The notes under the pieces are model-generated. The model searched no databases. It was given only the letters and a program-made list of their open reading frames with translations, and was not told where the DNA came from. From an uncultured Desulfosarcina sp. (GTDB lineage Bacteria; Desulfobacterota; Desulfobacteria; Desulfobacterales; Desulfosarcinaceae), in contig CAXXWQ010000004.1 of assembly GCA_963674945.2 (NCBI GenBank), positions 1,536,001-1,600,000 on the forward strand: a DNA stretch of 64,000 nt, read 5' to 3'. Position 1 is the first letter of the stretch. The number at the start of each line of letters is the position of its first letter. Of the stretch, positions 28,942 to 38,520 are shown piece after piece. The translations under genes were made by a program, and so were the position numbers.

Positions 28942-31397
28942 CAGAACACTGCATCTCCGGGAAAACTATGTGACACCTCCGGCATGATTTGAGGTGCTGC
29001 AGCCATTTAGTTCGAATATCATTTGCAGCTCGGTACCGGGGTATTTTACCTGCGCACTGTTCAGATGCGCAAACAGTTGGCAAAGAGCCCGATTGGCCGC
29101 TGGGAACGAAGCGCCGTGCAATCGTATATTCAATTGCTGATTTTCAATATCGGGCAGTACATCGCCTTCGGTCTGGAACAGTGTCTGGAGAAGACTCCGT
29201 GCATCCGACGAGTTTACCGTCGGACCCGTGAGCAACCCAACCATTGCCGTCTCTGCACGATATGCAATCATACGAACCGTGTCCATCAGGCGTTTTCTGC
29301 CCGGTTGTAAACGTAAAAATTTATCTTTTGCTTCAAGTTCTCCCCACGTGATGTGTTTACTTGTCTGTTTTCGTTTTTCTTTCAACTCGCTGAGTTGATA
29401 CTCCATCTTTTCGATTTCTTCTAACAGCTCGGCCTTTTTCTCTATCCACTTCTTAAACTTTACCGGTTTGTCTTCATTTTCAGGGTGAATGGTCATCTCG
29501 GCAAAACAGGCACGACGATATCGTAGCTTGTTCTGCAACGAATTACGGGATTGATTCAATTGCCGCCAAACGGGGTTGATTACCCGTTCGGTATCAGGAA
29601 ATTCAACGACACCATAATCTAAAAGCACATCGATATCAAAATGTTGCATCATATAGTTGAAAAAGTTTTCCTGACACCACCGGCTGAACATGCGTGCTGC
29701 CAATTGAGTATGCGGCAAATCGAAAGCGGTGCTGATTACGCTGGTCTGGTGTCCGGAATCGGTCAGTTTTCGCACTTGTCGCATCCATGTTGCACCCTTA
29801 CCAGATCCCACCAAACTACCCATTTCGCAAAGCCGCATCTTCACCACCTCTTTGTTTGGCATCGCAACTTCATGCTCGGTGAACCAATGCTCCGGCCATG
29901 ATTCACCAGGATGCTTATGATACGTCATGCAGCCGATTCGATGGCGATCCCACATTTCCTTGAAGAATGCGGGACTATATCCTTCCCTGTCGAAAACAAG
30001 AACGAACCGGCATAAACATGGGTTCTCTTGTAGTTGCTGCAAACCGGGTTGATTCGGAACGTCTTGCAACAACCGGGGAACGATATCGTCTCTTAAAACC
30101 GCCAATAATCCAGGATCGATCTGCTTTTCGACGACAAAAAAAGGTCGGCCAATCGCATCGTTAACCCAATAGTCGGTAATGCCCCTCATGCACAATCGTT
30201 CCCGGGACACGTAGCGGCGCGGTAGTCGGGTCAATTTTCCATGATAAACACGTACATGCCCGTCAACATAAAGCGCGCCAACCGATTCGGGCGCCTGTTC
30301 CATCCAGTATTTACCGAGGTATGCGGCCCACTTTTCCGCGCCGTGGTCTGCGCTCAACGCATCCATCTTGTAACGCAAACAGCGAACCTCCGGTGCACGA
30401 TCCAAGCCCAATAACTTACCAAATTCTCCCGGAGCATGGCCTCGTATTTTTTCTGTCGTCTTGATCCTGCATAAGGCCATAAACGAAAGCAGCAACAAGA
30501 CATGAAAGATCGTGTAATAGCCTTTGACTTGGCCGAGGAACTGTTTTGCGCCGGTAAACAACCCGTTTGCCACCAATGACGGTATCGCACAAAGAACGCC
30601 TGCTTTGGGAACGTCCAGGCATCTGTCAAAACGAACCGGCGCACCAACCATTTTGCCCAATGATGCCAATATGCGTTCCCCGACTCGGTTGCAAGCCGTC
30701 CCCATACCATCGGCAGCAGCCATGTCGACCATGTCCCGATCTGATTTGGTTAGACACGGTTCACCAATCCTTGATTCGATTAACCGACCATCATCTATAG
30801 CTTTGCGAAACGTATCGTATTTAATGCCAAGTTCCAGGGCGGCATCTTTTTTCGAGCACCCTTGATCCAGTAAACGTTGGGCTTGTTCAAGCACCTCAGG
30901 TTTGAAAACCTTGCCGCCGCGTCGTCCCCGCCGCTGAACGAAAAATGCCTCGGCGCCGCCGGACCTGAGTTTGTTCACGGATCGGATGACATTGCTCTTG
31001 GATACGCCGAATGTGTTTTGGATATCGATCTGGCGGCAAGCTCCGGATTCAACCAGTTGGGCTGTTATCATCCGAAACATTCGTTGATCGCCTTGTCTGT
31101 GAGAATAAATCGGAACGGTCGATAGAAAATAGGTCCAGGTCGTATCGTCACGAAATACACTGACAAGCCCGTTGATTTGTCTTGCACCCCGAGGAATAAG
31201 TGGTAGTATCTGTTGAGGCATGGCATCCTTTTCCTTTCATTTATCCGCCAAGATAATAAGGTTAAAGGTGCCATGTTCATTTTCCGGTTGCAATACCTTA
31301 CCGGCCTGCTGGATTCAGACTCCTATCTTTCTGTTTTTCAACCACTTACATTATGTTTTGCTTGCCATATGCAACAATTAGGAAATCAAGTTTCCTG
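28942..31397 (-). mobile_element. Complete insertion sequence, 2456 bp, family unassigned
   Basis: Imperfect terminal IRs CAGAACACTGCATCTCC / CAGGAAACTTGATTTCC; 5-bp direct repeat AATAT at 28937-28941 and 31398-31402. Confidence 0.85.
28966..31221 (-). CDS. Large putative DDE transposase (751 aa)
   Basis: N-terminal HTH-like segments, YVDGH, VFDREG and RWCQENFF (DDE with Y/RxxxE-like helix); fills the IR-bounded element. Confidence 0.85.
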   Translation of the reverse strand: MPQQILPLIPRGARQINGLVSVFRDDTTWTYFLSTVPIYSHRQGDQRMFRMITAQLVESGACRQIDIQNTFGVSKSNVIRSVNKLRSGGAEAFFVQRRGRRGGKVFKPEVLEQAQRLLDQGCSKKDAALELGIKYDTFRKAIDDGRLIESRIGEPCLTKSDRDMVDMAAADGMGTACNRVGERILASLGKMVGAPVRFDRCLDVPKAGVLCAIPSLVANGLFTGAKQFLGQVKGYYTIFHVLLLLSFMALCRIKTTEKIRGHAPGEFGKLLGLDRAPEVRCLRYKMDALSADHGAEKWAAYLGKYWMEQAPESVGALYVDGHVRVYHGKLTRLPRRYVSRERLCMRGITDYWVNDAIGRPFFVVEKQIDPGLLAVLRDDIVPRLLQDVPNQPGLQQLQENPCLCRFVLVFDREGYSPAFFKEMWDRHRIGCMTYHKHPGESWPEHWFTEHEVAMPNKEVVKMRLCEMGSLVGSGKGATWMRQVRKLTDSGHQTSVISTAFDLPHTQLAARMFSRWCQENFFNYMMQHFDIDVLLDYGVVEFPDTERVINPVWRQLNQSRNSLQNKLRYRRACFAEMTIHPENEDKPVKFKKWIEKKAELLEEIEKMEYQLSELKEKRKQTSKHITWGELEAKDKFLRLQPGRKRLMDTVRMIAYRAETAMVGLLTGPTVNSSDARSLLQTLFQTEGDVLPDIENQQLNIRLHGASFPAANRALCQLFAHLNSAQVKYPGTELQMIFELNGCSTSNHAGGVT

Positions 31398-31551
31398 AAT
31401 ATAATTCTTCCCTTTTTTGTAAAGTATATTTTGGATTTCGGATCGTTGTTGATACGATAAGAAATAACTTGAAAGAGAATAGGGAGAGGTTCTTTATTTT
31501 TATTTCAAACATGATTGGCATTGATTGCCAACATCATGCTGGTGGGGCGGT

Positions 31552-31600
31552 GGTAAACGGCAGGTTGGGACGCAGATCAAGGCCCAACCTGCCGTTTACC
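31552..31600. repeat. Perfect 18-bp inverted repeat just downstream of thiC
   Basis: GGTAAACGGCAGGTTGGG-N13-CCCAACCTGCCGTTTACC. Confidence 0.85.
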
Positions 31601-31606
31601 CATGAA

Positions 31607-32911
31607 CTAGTCGGCGAGTTGTATGTCCTTACCCGTCAGCACCCTGTTCATATTGCGAACCGCACACATCTTGCCGCACATGGTGCAGCTGTCCTCGTGC
31701 TCGGGGGGCGAGCTCTGTCTGTAGCGCCTGGGTTTTTCCGGGTCCATGGCCAGATCGAGCATCTTCTCCCAATCCAGGTCGGCGCGCGCTCGGCTCATGT
31801 CATCGTCCCACTTTCGCGCGCCCGGAATCCCCTTTGCGATATCGGCGGCATGGGCGGCGATGCGGGTGGCGATGATACCCTCTTTCATATCCTCTGCATC
31901 CGGAAGGCGCAGGTGCTCGGCCGGCGTGACGTAACACAGAAAATCGGCACCGTTGGCAGCGGCGATGGCCCCGCCGATGGCGCTGGTGATGTGGTCGTAA
32001 CCGGGCGCCACATCGGTAATCACGGGTCCCAGCACGTAAAAAGGAGCACCGTGGCAAAGACGCTTTTCCATCATCATGTTGCCGGCGATCTCGTTGATGG
32101 CCATGTGCCCCGGCCCCTCGATCATCACCTGAACGTTTTTCTCCCAGGCGGCCTTGGTCAGCTCTCCCAAGGTAATCAACTCCTCCACCTGACAGGCGTC
32201 TGTGGCATCATGGAGACAACCGGGCCTGCAACCGTCTCCGAGGCTGAGGCTCACGTCGTACTGCTGGCAGACAGAAAGCAGCCGGTCGTAGTACTCGTAA
32301 AAAGGGTTCTCCCTGTCGTTTAGCTGCATCCAGGTGAACATGAGGCTGCCGCCCCGGGAGACGATATTGGTGATGCGCTCCCGGCGCTTGATCTTCTCTG
32401 CGGCCTGACGATTGAGGCCGGCATGAATGGTGAGAAAATCCACTCCGTCCTCGCAGTGGCGCTGTACCACATCGAAGATCTCATCCACGGTGAGATCCGC
32501 AAGGTTCTTTTCGTAGAATCCCACTGCATCGTAAATGGGAACCGTGCCGATCATGGCCGGTGACATCTGTACCAGCCTGCGGCGAAACTCGCGGGTTTTT
32601 CCGTAACAGGAGAGATCCATGATGGCTTCGGCCTTCAGGTCCAGCGCCAGGCGTACCTTTTCCATTTCCAGATCGACGTCGCAGCAGTCCTTGGAGATTC
32701 CCAGGTTCACATTGATTTTGGTGCGAAGCCCCTGGCCGACCCCCTCGGGGTCCAGGTTCGTGTGGTTCTTGTTGGCAGGAATGATGACCTTGCCGGCGGC
32801 GATCAAAGTACGCAACACCTCCGGCTGCATCTTCTCTTTCTTTGCTACGGTTTTCATCTGGGAGGTGAGAACTCCCTTGCGGGCGGCGTCCATCTGGGTA
32901 GTGTAGTTCAT
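31607..32911 (-). CDS. thiC: Phosphomethylpyrimidine synthase ThiC
   Basis: [36 protein letters not shown]; lies in a TPP-riboswitch operon. Confidence 0.95.
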   Translation of the reverse strand: MNYTTQMDAARKGVLTSQMKTVAKKEKMQPEVLRTLIAAGKVIIPANKNHTNLDPEGVGQGLRTKINVNLGISKDCCDVDLEMEKVRLALDLKAEAIMDLSCYGKTREFRRRLVQMSPAMIGTVPIYDAVGFYEKNLADLTVDEIFDVVQRHCEDGVDFLTIHAGLNRQAAEKIKRRERITNIVSRGGSLMFTWMQLNDRENPFYEYYDRLLSVCQQYDVSLSLGDGCRPGCLHDATDACQVEELITLGELTKAAWEKNVQVMIEGPGHMAINEIAGNMMMEKRLCHGAPFYVLGPVITDVAPGYDHITSAIGGAIAAANGADFLCYVTPAEHLRLPDAEDMKEGIIATRIAAHAADIAKGIPGARKWDDDMSRARADLDWEKMLDLAMDPEKPRRYRQSSPPEHEDSCTMCGKMCAVRNMNRVLTGKDIQLAD

Positions 32912-32930
32912 TGGAAAACCTCTTTTTTTC

Positions 32931-33029
32931 AAGGGTTCGAGAGGCCGAGTATTTGAGGGATATAGGGTAAATACGAGGCAAAGTCCTCAATCCCCTTGAA
33001 CCCTCGACTCCTTGAATCCTCGAACCCTT
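32931..33029. repeat. Octamer tandem repeats forming an inverted-repeat element at the thiF/thiC junction
   Basis: CCTTGAAC-CCTCGACT-CCTTGAAT-CCTCGAAC array; AAGGGTTCGAG (32931) pairs with CTCGAACCCTT (33019). Confidence 0.7.
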
Positions 33030-33643
33030 CCCTCTAATATATTGGTTATTACGATATCCGCCTGTTTGGCGGCAGCGATGCCGACCACGGCGGATGTGGG
33101 CGGCATGGTTTCGGACACTTCCGACTGCTCGTCACCGACCAGGAAAAAATCCTCCCGAAACCGACGGGTCCGGATGCGGTTGTTTTCGCCCCACCCGCCG
33201 ATGCCGGAGGCACAGACCAGAAGGCGTGGATCGGCCGCAAACAGGTCGGCCATCATCTTCTTGTCTTGGGCGCCATCCAACGCCTCCACGATAATGTCAC
33301 AACCTGCAAATACCTGTACCGCGTTTTCCGAATCAATGCGAATGTCTTCACCCTGCATTTCCAAAACGGGCTGAATGCGCCGCAGGTTCTCTTCCAGTGC
33401 CGCGATCTTTTTCATGCCCACCTGATCAACAAAATAGAACTGACGGTTCAGGTTGGAGGACGCCACCGTGTCGAAATCGACGACCACCAGATGCCGGACA
33501 CCGGACCGAACCAGGTGCACGGCACAATTGCTTCCCAGTCCGCCGGCCCCGGCGATGCCCACACACACCGATCCCAAGCGGTTGACTTGTTCGGCGGTGA
33601 AGTACCGCGCAAGACCGGTTAAGAATGGATTGTGCTCGATCAA
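32987..33643 (-). CDS. thiF: Sulfur carrier ThiS adenylyltransferase ThiF
   Basis: GAGGLGS, DFD.V..SNLNRQ, AAAKQA motifs; operon context. Confidence 0.92.
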   Translation of the reverse strand: MIEHNPFLTGLARYFTAEQVNRLGSVCVGIAGAGGLGSNCAVHLVRSGVRHLVVVDFDTVASSNLNRQFYFVDQVGMKKIAALEENLRRIQPVLEMQGEDIRIDSENAVQVFAGCDIIVEALDGAQDKKMMADLFAADPRLLVCASGIGGWGENNRIRTRRFREDFFLVGDEQSEVSETMPPTSAVVGIAAAKQADIVITNILEGRVRGFKESRVQGD

Positions 33644-33678
33644 CGTTTTTTACTCCAAATCAACTGGGAAACCTCATC

Positions 33679-33720
33679 TGAACCTCGAACCGTGAACTAT
33701 GAACCGTGAACTTTCAACTC
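33679..33720. repeat. Heptamer tandem repeats between thiH and thiF
   Basis: TGAACCT-CGAACCG-TGAACTA-TGAACCG-TGAACTT-TCAACTC. Confidence 0.75.
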
Positions 33721-34826
33721 CCCAGACACTGCCAATCCTTGTACACCGGTTGCCAGCCGACACGACGAAGCATGGCCGCCATCTCGGGTACCGAGCGCTC
33801 GTCTGAAATCTCGAACTGGCCGGTGTTATCCCCGGTATCGGTCCTTCCCCCCACGGCTGTGCAGGAACCGGCGGACATGCGGGTCACGCCGAGGGGTACG
33901 AGCCGGTCCCGGAACCGGGCGCTCTCCCTGGTGGAAATGGTGATGCCCGACCGGGGCATGAACAATCGCAGGGCCGCCATGATTTGAACGATGTGCCGGT
34001 CCTCCACGATGCAGGCCGGCTGAAAACCGCCCACATGGGGCCGCATGCGGGGCAGGCTGATACCGATTTCCGTCTCCGGGAAACGATCTTGCAGGTAACA
34101 GGCGTGGAGGCCGGTGAAAAAGGCGTCCTGCCGCCAGTCGTCCAGACCCAGCAACGCCCCCACGTTGACCCCGCGCATGCCGGCCTCACAGGCCCGCTGG
34201 GGGGCATCCAGGCGAAAGTGGTAGTCCCGCTTGGGTCCTTTGGGGTGCAGGTACGCATATAAGCTCTCGTTGTAGGTCTCCTGGTACAAGGTGAGGCTGT
34301 CGACCCCGACATCGATCAGTTGCCCATATTCCGGCCGGGTCAGGGCGTACACCTCGATGCCGATGGCCGGAAAGTAGCGGGAAAGGAGCCGGCAGCAGTC
34401 GGCGATGTAATCGACGGTGGCAATTTTGGGTGCTTCGCCGGTGAGGATCAGGATGTGCTTGAGCCCCGTATCGGCGATGGCCTTGGCCTCGCGTTCCAGC
34501 GCCTCCATGGTCAACTGGTGCCGCCGGATGCGGTTGGCGCAGTTGAAGCCGCAGTACAGGCAATAGTTGGTGCAGTAGTTTGACAGATACAGGGGCGTAA
34601 ACAGCACCATGGTCCGGCCGAACTGGCAGACGGTAAGGTGGTGGGCCTTCTGGGCCATGGTCTCCAGGTGGGGCTCGGCAGCAGGAGAGAGAAGGCATAG
34701 AAAATCGTCGGCACAAAGCGTACGTTTGGCCAGGGCCCGCAAAACGTCGCTATCGGTTATGGACGCCACCCTTTTGGCGACCGCGCCCGTTTCATATTGA
34801 TTCATCGTGTCGCAGTAACTATTCAT
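33714..34826 (-). CDS. thiH: 2-iminoacetate synthase ThiH (radical SAM)
   Basis: [37 protein letters not shown]. Confidence 0.95.
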   Translation of the reverse strand: MNSYCDTMNQYETGAVAKRVASITDSDVLRALAKRTLCADDFLCLLSPAAEPHLETMAQKAHHLTVCQFGRTMVLFTPLYLSNYCTNYCLYCGFNCANRIRRHQLTMEALEREAKAIADTGLKHILILTGEAPKIATVDYIADCCRLLSRYFPAIGIEVYALTRPEYGQLIDVGVDSLTLYQETYNESLYAYLHPKGPKRDYHFRLDAPQRACEAGMRGVNVGALLGLDDWRQDAFFTGLHACYLQDRFPETEIGISLPRMRPHVGGFQPACIVEDRHIVQIMAALRLFMPRSGITISTRESARFRDRLVPLGVTRMSAGSCTAVGGRTDTGDNTGQFEISDERSVPEMAAMLRRVGWQPVYKDWQCLGS

Positions 34827-35604
34827 ACAGAAACCCCGTCAACGGAGAAGAGGCTGCCGCCTTCACGCCCACGGCGCCGGGTCCGGCCCGCCATGCTTCA
34901 CGGCCGGCCCGGATGGCGCGCGCGAATGACCCGGCCATGGCCACCGGATCCGCGGCACTGGCAATGGCCGTGTTCACCAGACAGGCATCGGCCCCCATCT
35001 CCATCGCCTCACATGCCTGGGACGGCCTGCCGATTCCCGCGTCCACCACGACGGGGACAGATGCCTCCTCGATGATGATCTGCAGCATGTCCCGTGTGGT
35101 CAGCCCACGGTTGGTGCCGATGGGCGCAGCCAGGGGCATGACGGCGGCGGCGCCGGCATCCTCCAGTTGGTGTGCGATCACCGGGTCCGCATTGATGTAT
35201 GGCAGTACCACGAATCCTTCCTTGACCAGCGCCGCGGTGGCCATCAGGGTACCGTGACCATCGGGAAGAAGGTTCTTGTTATCCGGAATCACTTCGATCT
35301 TCACCCAGTTCCCGCAACCGGTGGCCCGGGCCAGGCGGGCGATGCGAATGGCCTCGTCGGCATCGCGGGCACCGGAGGTATTGGGCAGAAGCTGCATGGT
35401 GTCGGGAATGTGTTGCATCACGTTGTCCGTGGCAGCCTCGAAATCCACACGGCGAAGGGCCACGGTGATGATCCGGGCCCCCGATTGTTCGATGATTTTC
35501 GGGATCATCTCGTCAGATGGGTACTTTCCCGTGCCGATGAGCAGCCTGGAACCGAATTGCTGATCGCCGATGACCAGCGGATCGGGAATTTGTCCTGCGT
35601 TCAT
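34819..35604 (-). CDS. thiG: Thiazole synthase ThiG
   Basis: [45 protein letters not shown] before ATG 35604. Confidence 0.96.
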   Translation of the reverse strand: MNAGQIPDPLVIGDQQFGSRLLIGTGKYPSDEMIPKIIEQSGARIITVALRRVDFEAATDNVMQHIPDTMQLLPNTSGARDADEAIRIARLARATGCGNWVKIEVIPDNKNLLPDGHGTLMATAALVKEGFVVLPYINADPVIAHQLEDAGAAAVMPLAAPIGTNRGLTTRDMLQIIIEEASVPVVVDAGIGRPSQACEAMEMGADACLVNTAIASAADPVAMAGSFARAIRAGREAWRAGPGAVGVKAAASSPLTGFLYE

Positions 35605-35608
35605 GGTT

Positions 35609-35809
35609 TCATCCTCCACCGACGAATCGGAGAACTTCGAGCGTGTCGTTCTCCTTGAGCACCATCTCGTACCACTGCTTTGCGTCGATGATGTCCCGAT
35701 TATGCTCCACCACCACGGTTTTCGGATCGAGTCCTTTTTCCCGAATCAGGTCCCCGATGGTCGTTTCCAGGCCCACCGATTCAGGTTTGCCGTTCAGCTG
35801 GATGTACAT
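35609..35809 (-). CDS. thiS: Sulfur carrier protein ThiS
   Basis: 66 aa ubiquitin-like protein ending FVGGG; GGAG RBS. Confidence 0.93.
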   Translation of the reverse strand: MYIQLNGKPESVGLETTIGDLIREKGLDPKTVVVEHNRDIIDAKQWYEMVLKENDTLEVLRFVGGG

Positions 35810-35825
35810 TGGTCGTCTCCACACG

Positions 35826-35866
35826 AAAAATAAAAGGCCCGCTTCCCTTGTGCGGGAAGCGGGCCT
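35826..35866 (-). terminator. Intrinsic terminator, expression platform of the TPP riboswitch
   Basis: AGGCCCGCTTCCC-GCACAA-GGGAAGCGGGCCT-TTTATTTTT; its GCTTCCC arm can alternatively pair with the aptamer 3' GGGAAGC (antiterminator). Confidence 0.88.
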
Positions 35867-35895
35867 GACAAAAAGTTTCGATTCCGGTTTTTTGT

Positions 35896-35986
35896 CATGC
35901 TTCCCTACGGCAGTATGATCTGCATCAGGTTCGAAGGGTCGGCGCCGTTTCGCCATCTCAGCCCCCGGTGGGGCACCCCCAGCATT
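35896..35986 (-). ncRNA. TPP (THI-box) riboswitch
   Basis: GGGGTGC...GCTGAGA...GACCCTTCGAACCTGATGCAGATCATACTGCCGTAGGGAAGCAT upstream of thiS. Confidence 0.96.
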
Positions 35987-35997
35987 AATGTCAAAGC

Positions 35998-36026
35998 ATT
36001 GTAAGGAGTGCGATCTGCAAAGTCAA
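35998..36026 (-). promoter_or_regulatory. Sigma-70 promoter of the thi operon
   Basis: TTGACT-N17-TACAAT directly upstream of the aptamer. Confidence 0.7.
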
Positions 36027-36210
36027 GCCATTAAAAAGCTTTTCCAGACCCAATATGGCCAAACAGTTTTACGAAAGAAACTCATTCATCCATTATCTTT
36101 CCGATATGTTGAAATGGGAAAATCTTTTTATAAATTTTCTATCTTTTCTCTGTGCTCTTTGTGTCCTTGCGGTGAAAGAATTAGGTCTTCATATTTACGA
36201 ATGGATGTAC

Positions 36211-37485
36211 TTAACCGTGAATTGTCACATCCGCACCCAACTGGCCAAACCGGTTTACGATATCGAAATGCCCCCGGCCGATCTGGTAGACATCGTGGAT
36301 CCGGGTGGTCTCGGGACAGGCCAGCCCCGCCAGGAGAATGCACGAGGCAGCACGGATGTTGTCCGGATGGGTGTCGGCACCCCGAAACGTGGTGGGGCCG
36401 TTGACGATGGCAAGACCGTCCTCTTCGTCCAGATCGATGTCGGCCCCCAGTTTGCGAAGTTCGGCCACCTGGGAGAAACGCTTGTCGAAAATGCGTTCCC
36501 GGATATAGCTCTGGCCGTCGGCGATGCAGGAGAGGGCCATGATGGCCGGCTGAAAATCGGTGGCAAAACCCGGATAGGGACAGGTGAGCACGTTTACCGG
36601 CCGCAGGTTTTTTCCCTTTGATTCGACGTCCAGCACATGACCATTGATGCCGATGGTCACCCCCATCTGCTTCATCTTTTCGATGAGAATGCACAGATCC
36701 CCGGGTGCCACGCCGATGATGGAGACCTTGCCGCCGGCGATCGCGGCGGCGATCATCCACAGCCCTGCGTCCAGGCGATCGTTCATGGCGTAAAAGTCGA
36801 CGGGATCGAACCGGTTGACCCCCTCCACGGTGAGGGTGCGGGTGCCCAGGCCGTGGATCTTTCCCCCCATCTTGTTGAGAAAATTGGCGAAATCGAAAAT
36901 CTCCGGATCCGACGCCGCGTTTTCGATGACGGAAATCCCCTTTGAGAAACAGGCCGCCATCATCAGGTTCTCCGTACCGGTATGGCTGGGAAAGTCCAGG
37001 TACATGGTGGCGGCGGTAAAATCCTCGCCGCGGATGACGAAAGCGTCGTCGTTGGTGATGCAGGCGCCCAGGCGGGCGAACCCCCGGTAGTGGTAGTTGA
37101 GGTTCCGGGCTCCCAAGGGGCAGCCGCCGACGCCGGGCAGACGCACTTCGCCCAGCCGTTTTAGCAGGGGCGGGATAAAGAGCACCGATGCCCGCAGGCG
37201 GCAGGTGAGGGAATCGGGAAGATCCGAACGGGTCAGGTGGGTGGCGTCCACGCACACCACCTTCTCGTTGGGGAAGTAGTCCACCGTGGCCCCCACATGG
37301 CGCATGATATCCAGGGCCACCATGATGTCGTTTAAGGGAGGAACGTTCCGGATGACGCTGCACCCCTGTTCCGCCAGCAGACTCGCTGCCAGCATGGGCA
37401 AAATGGCATTTTTCGATCCTTGGACACACACGCTTCCCGAAAGGGGTTTTCCCCCCTTGATTTCGATGTACGCCTTAGCTGTCAT
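36211..37485 (-). CDS. murA: UDP-N-acetylglucosamine 1-carboxyvinyltransferase
   Basis: GSKNAILP, LRAS, GGCPLGAR (catalytic Cys loop), PYPGFATD.Q; start could also be GTG 37575. Confidence 0.93.
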   Translation of the reverse strand: MTAKAYIEIKGGKPLSGSVCVQGSKNAILPMLAASLLAEQGCSVIRNVPPLNDIMVALDIMRHVGATVDYFPNEKVVCVDATHLTRSDLPDSLTCRLRASVLFIPPLLKRLGEVRLPGVGGCPLGARNLNYHYRGFARLGACITNDDAFVIRGEDFTAATMYLDFPSHTGTENLMMAACFSKGISVIENAASDPEIFDFANFLNKMGGKIHGLGTRTLTVEGVNRFDPVDFYAMNDRLDAGLWMIAAAIAGGKVSIIGVAPGDLCILIEKMKQMGVTIGINGHVLDVESKGKNLRPVNVLTCPYPGFATDFQPAIMALSCIADGQSYIRERIFDKRFSQVAELRKLGADIDLDEEDGLAIVNGPTTFRGADTHPDNIRAASCILLAGLACPETTRIHDVYQIGRGHFDIVNRFGQLGADVTIHG

Positions 37486-37606
37486 GGGGCTTTGCCTCGC
37501 TTGGGTTCGCAGACTGAAGTTGAGAGCTTCATCGGGACCTTTTTCCGCATTAATCTTACACAAAAGCGAATCCACGGCAACTGGTTTTGTTCAGTCGATT
37601 TGAAAC

Positions 37607-37895
37607 ATTGAACATCGAACGTCCAACGTCGAATGATGCGATCGCTTCGGCCCACCATTGAAAAAAAATCCCCATACACAAATCCAAAATCACAAACAAA
37701 TCACAATAACCAATTTTTCAAATGCCAAACAAGGCAGCCGCAAAGGTGGATAATTTCTCCTTTGAACTGAGAATCGTCTGTTGTTTGATCTTTTGAATTT
37801 GGAATTTGCTTTAGCTATTGGTGCCTGTAATTTGGAACTTTACGTTATGAGTTTTACCTTATTCAACGTTCCATGTTGGAAGTTCGATGTTCGAC
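37607..37895. repeat. Nested inverted arrays of heptamer repeats
   Basis: ATTGAAC-ATCGAAC-GTCCAAC-GTCGAAT (37607) mirrored by ATTCAAC-GTTCCAT-GTTGGAA-GTTCGAT-GTTCGAC (37861); inner AAATCAC/AAATCCA-type array (37680-37732) mirrored at 37781-37840. Confidence 0.7.
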
Positions 37896-37909
37896 CTTCA
37901 AGCCAATGC

Positions 37910-38401
37910 TCAATTTCCAAACATGGGGCCCGACGGGCCAAGGTGGCAGGAGTAGCAGCCGAAACCGCGACGGGTGATGATGCTGAAGGATTTTTTGCCC
38001 AAGGTCTCGGCCATCATGGGAACCAGGCGGTCCAGCTTCAGCCGGGTGGTGTCCGGGTATTTCTCGAACTCGGGGCCGAGAAGCAGCTTGCCGGAAAGCC
38101 GTGGCAGATGGGCCGTTGGCATCTGAAACTTGCCCGATTTGGCGTTTTGTCCGTGGCACAGGGTGCAATCCACCGAGGCGAAACGGTCTGGGCGCCAGGA
38201 ACCGAAAAGCTCGGCCGCGCGCGGCAGGATTTCTTTTTTCATATGGGCTTTTCGCTGATCGAGGCTCATCTCCTTCCAGGTCAATCGTTTTCCATCGGCG
38301 TCCATGGGTCCAACCCCCTTTGAAAGACATCCCGGAAAAAGGAAAAGCGGTATAATGGAAAGGACGAAGAACCGGATCGGCTTCGAATAGCGCCTGGTCA
38401 T
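37910..38401 (-). CDS. Putative diheme c-type cytochrome lipoprotein
   Basis: Lipobox-like FPGC; two CxxCH motifs (CTLCH, CYSCH); AAGGAGG RBS. Confidence 0.78.
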   Translation of the reverse strand: MTRRYSKPIRFFVLSIIPLFLFPGCLSKGVGPMDADGKRLTWKEMSLDQRKAHMKKEILPRAAELFGSWRPDRFASVDCTLCHGQNAKSGKFQMPTAHLPRLSGKLLLGPEFEKYPDTTRLKLDRLVPMMAETLGKKSFSIITRRGFGCYSCHLGPSGPMFGN

Positions 38402-38520
38402 TGTTTCCCTCCTTTGCGTAAAGAAATGGGTTGAACAGGTGAAAGTTCATTTTTCGCGGGTATGGCTCGCTCTCAGAATGAATGCCATAGCCGGCCTTGC
38501 GGCAAAAAAGGAGAACGGTC

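Noticed and set aside
31607..32911. BzaA/B/F (benzimidazole synthesis) instead of ThiC
   Set aside because: The gene is in a thiSGHF operon under a TPP riboswitch, not a cobalamin context.
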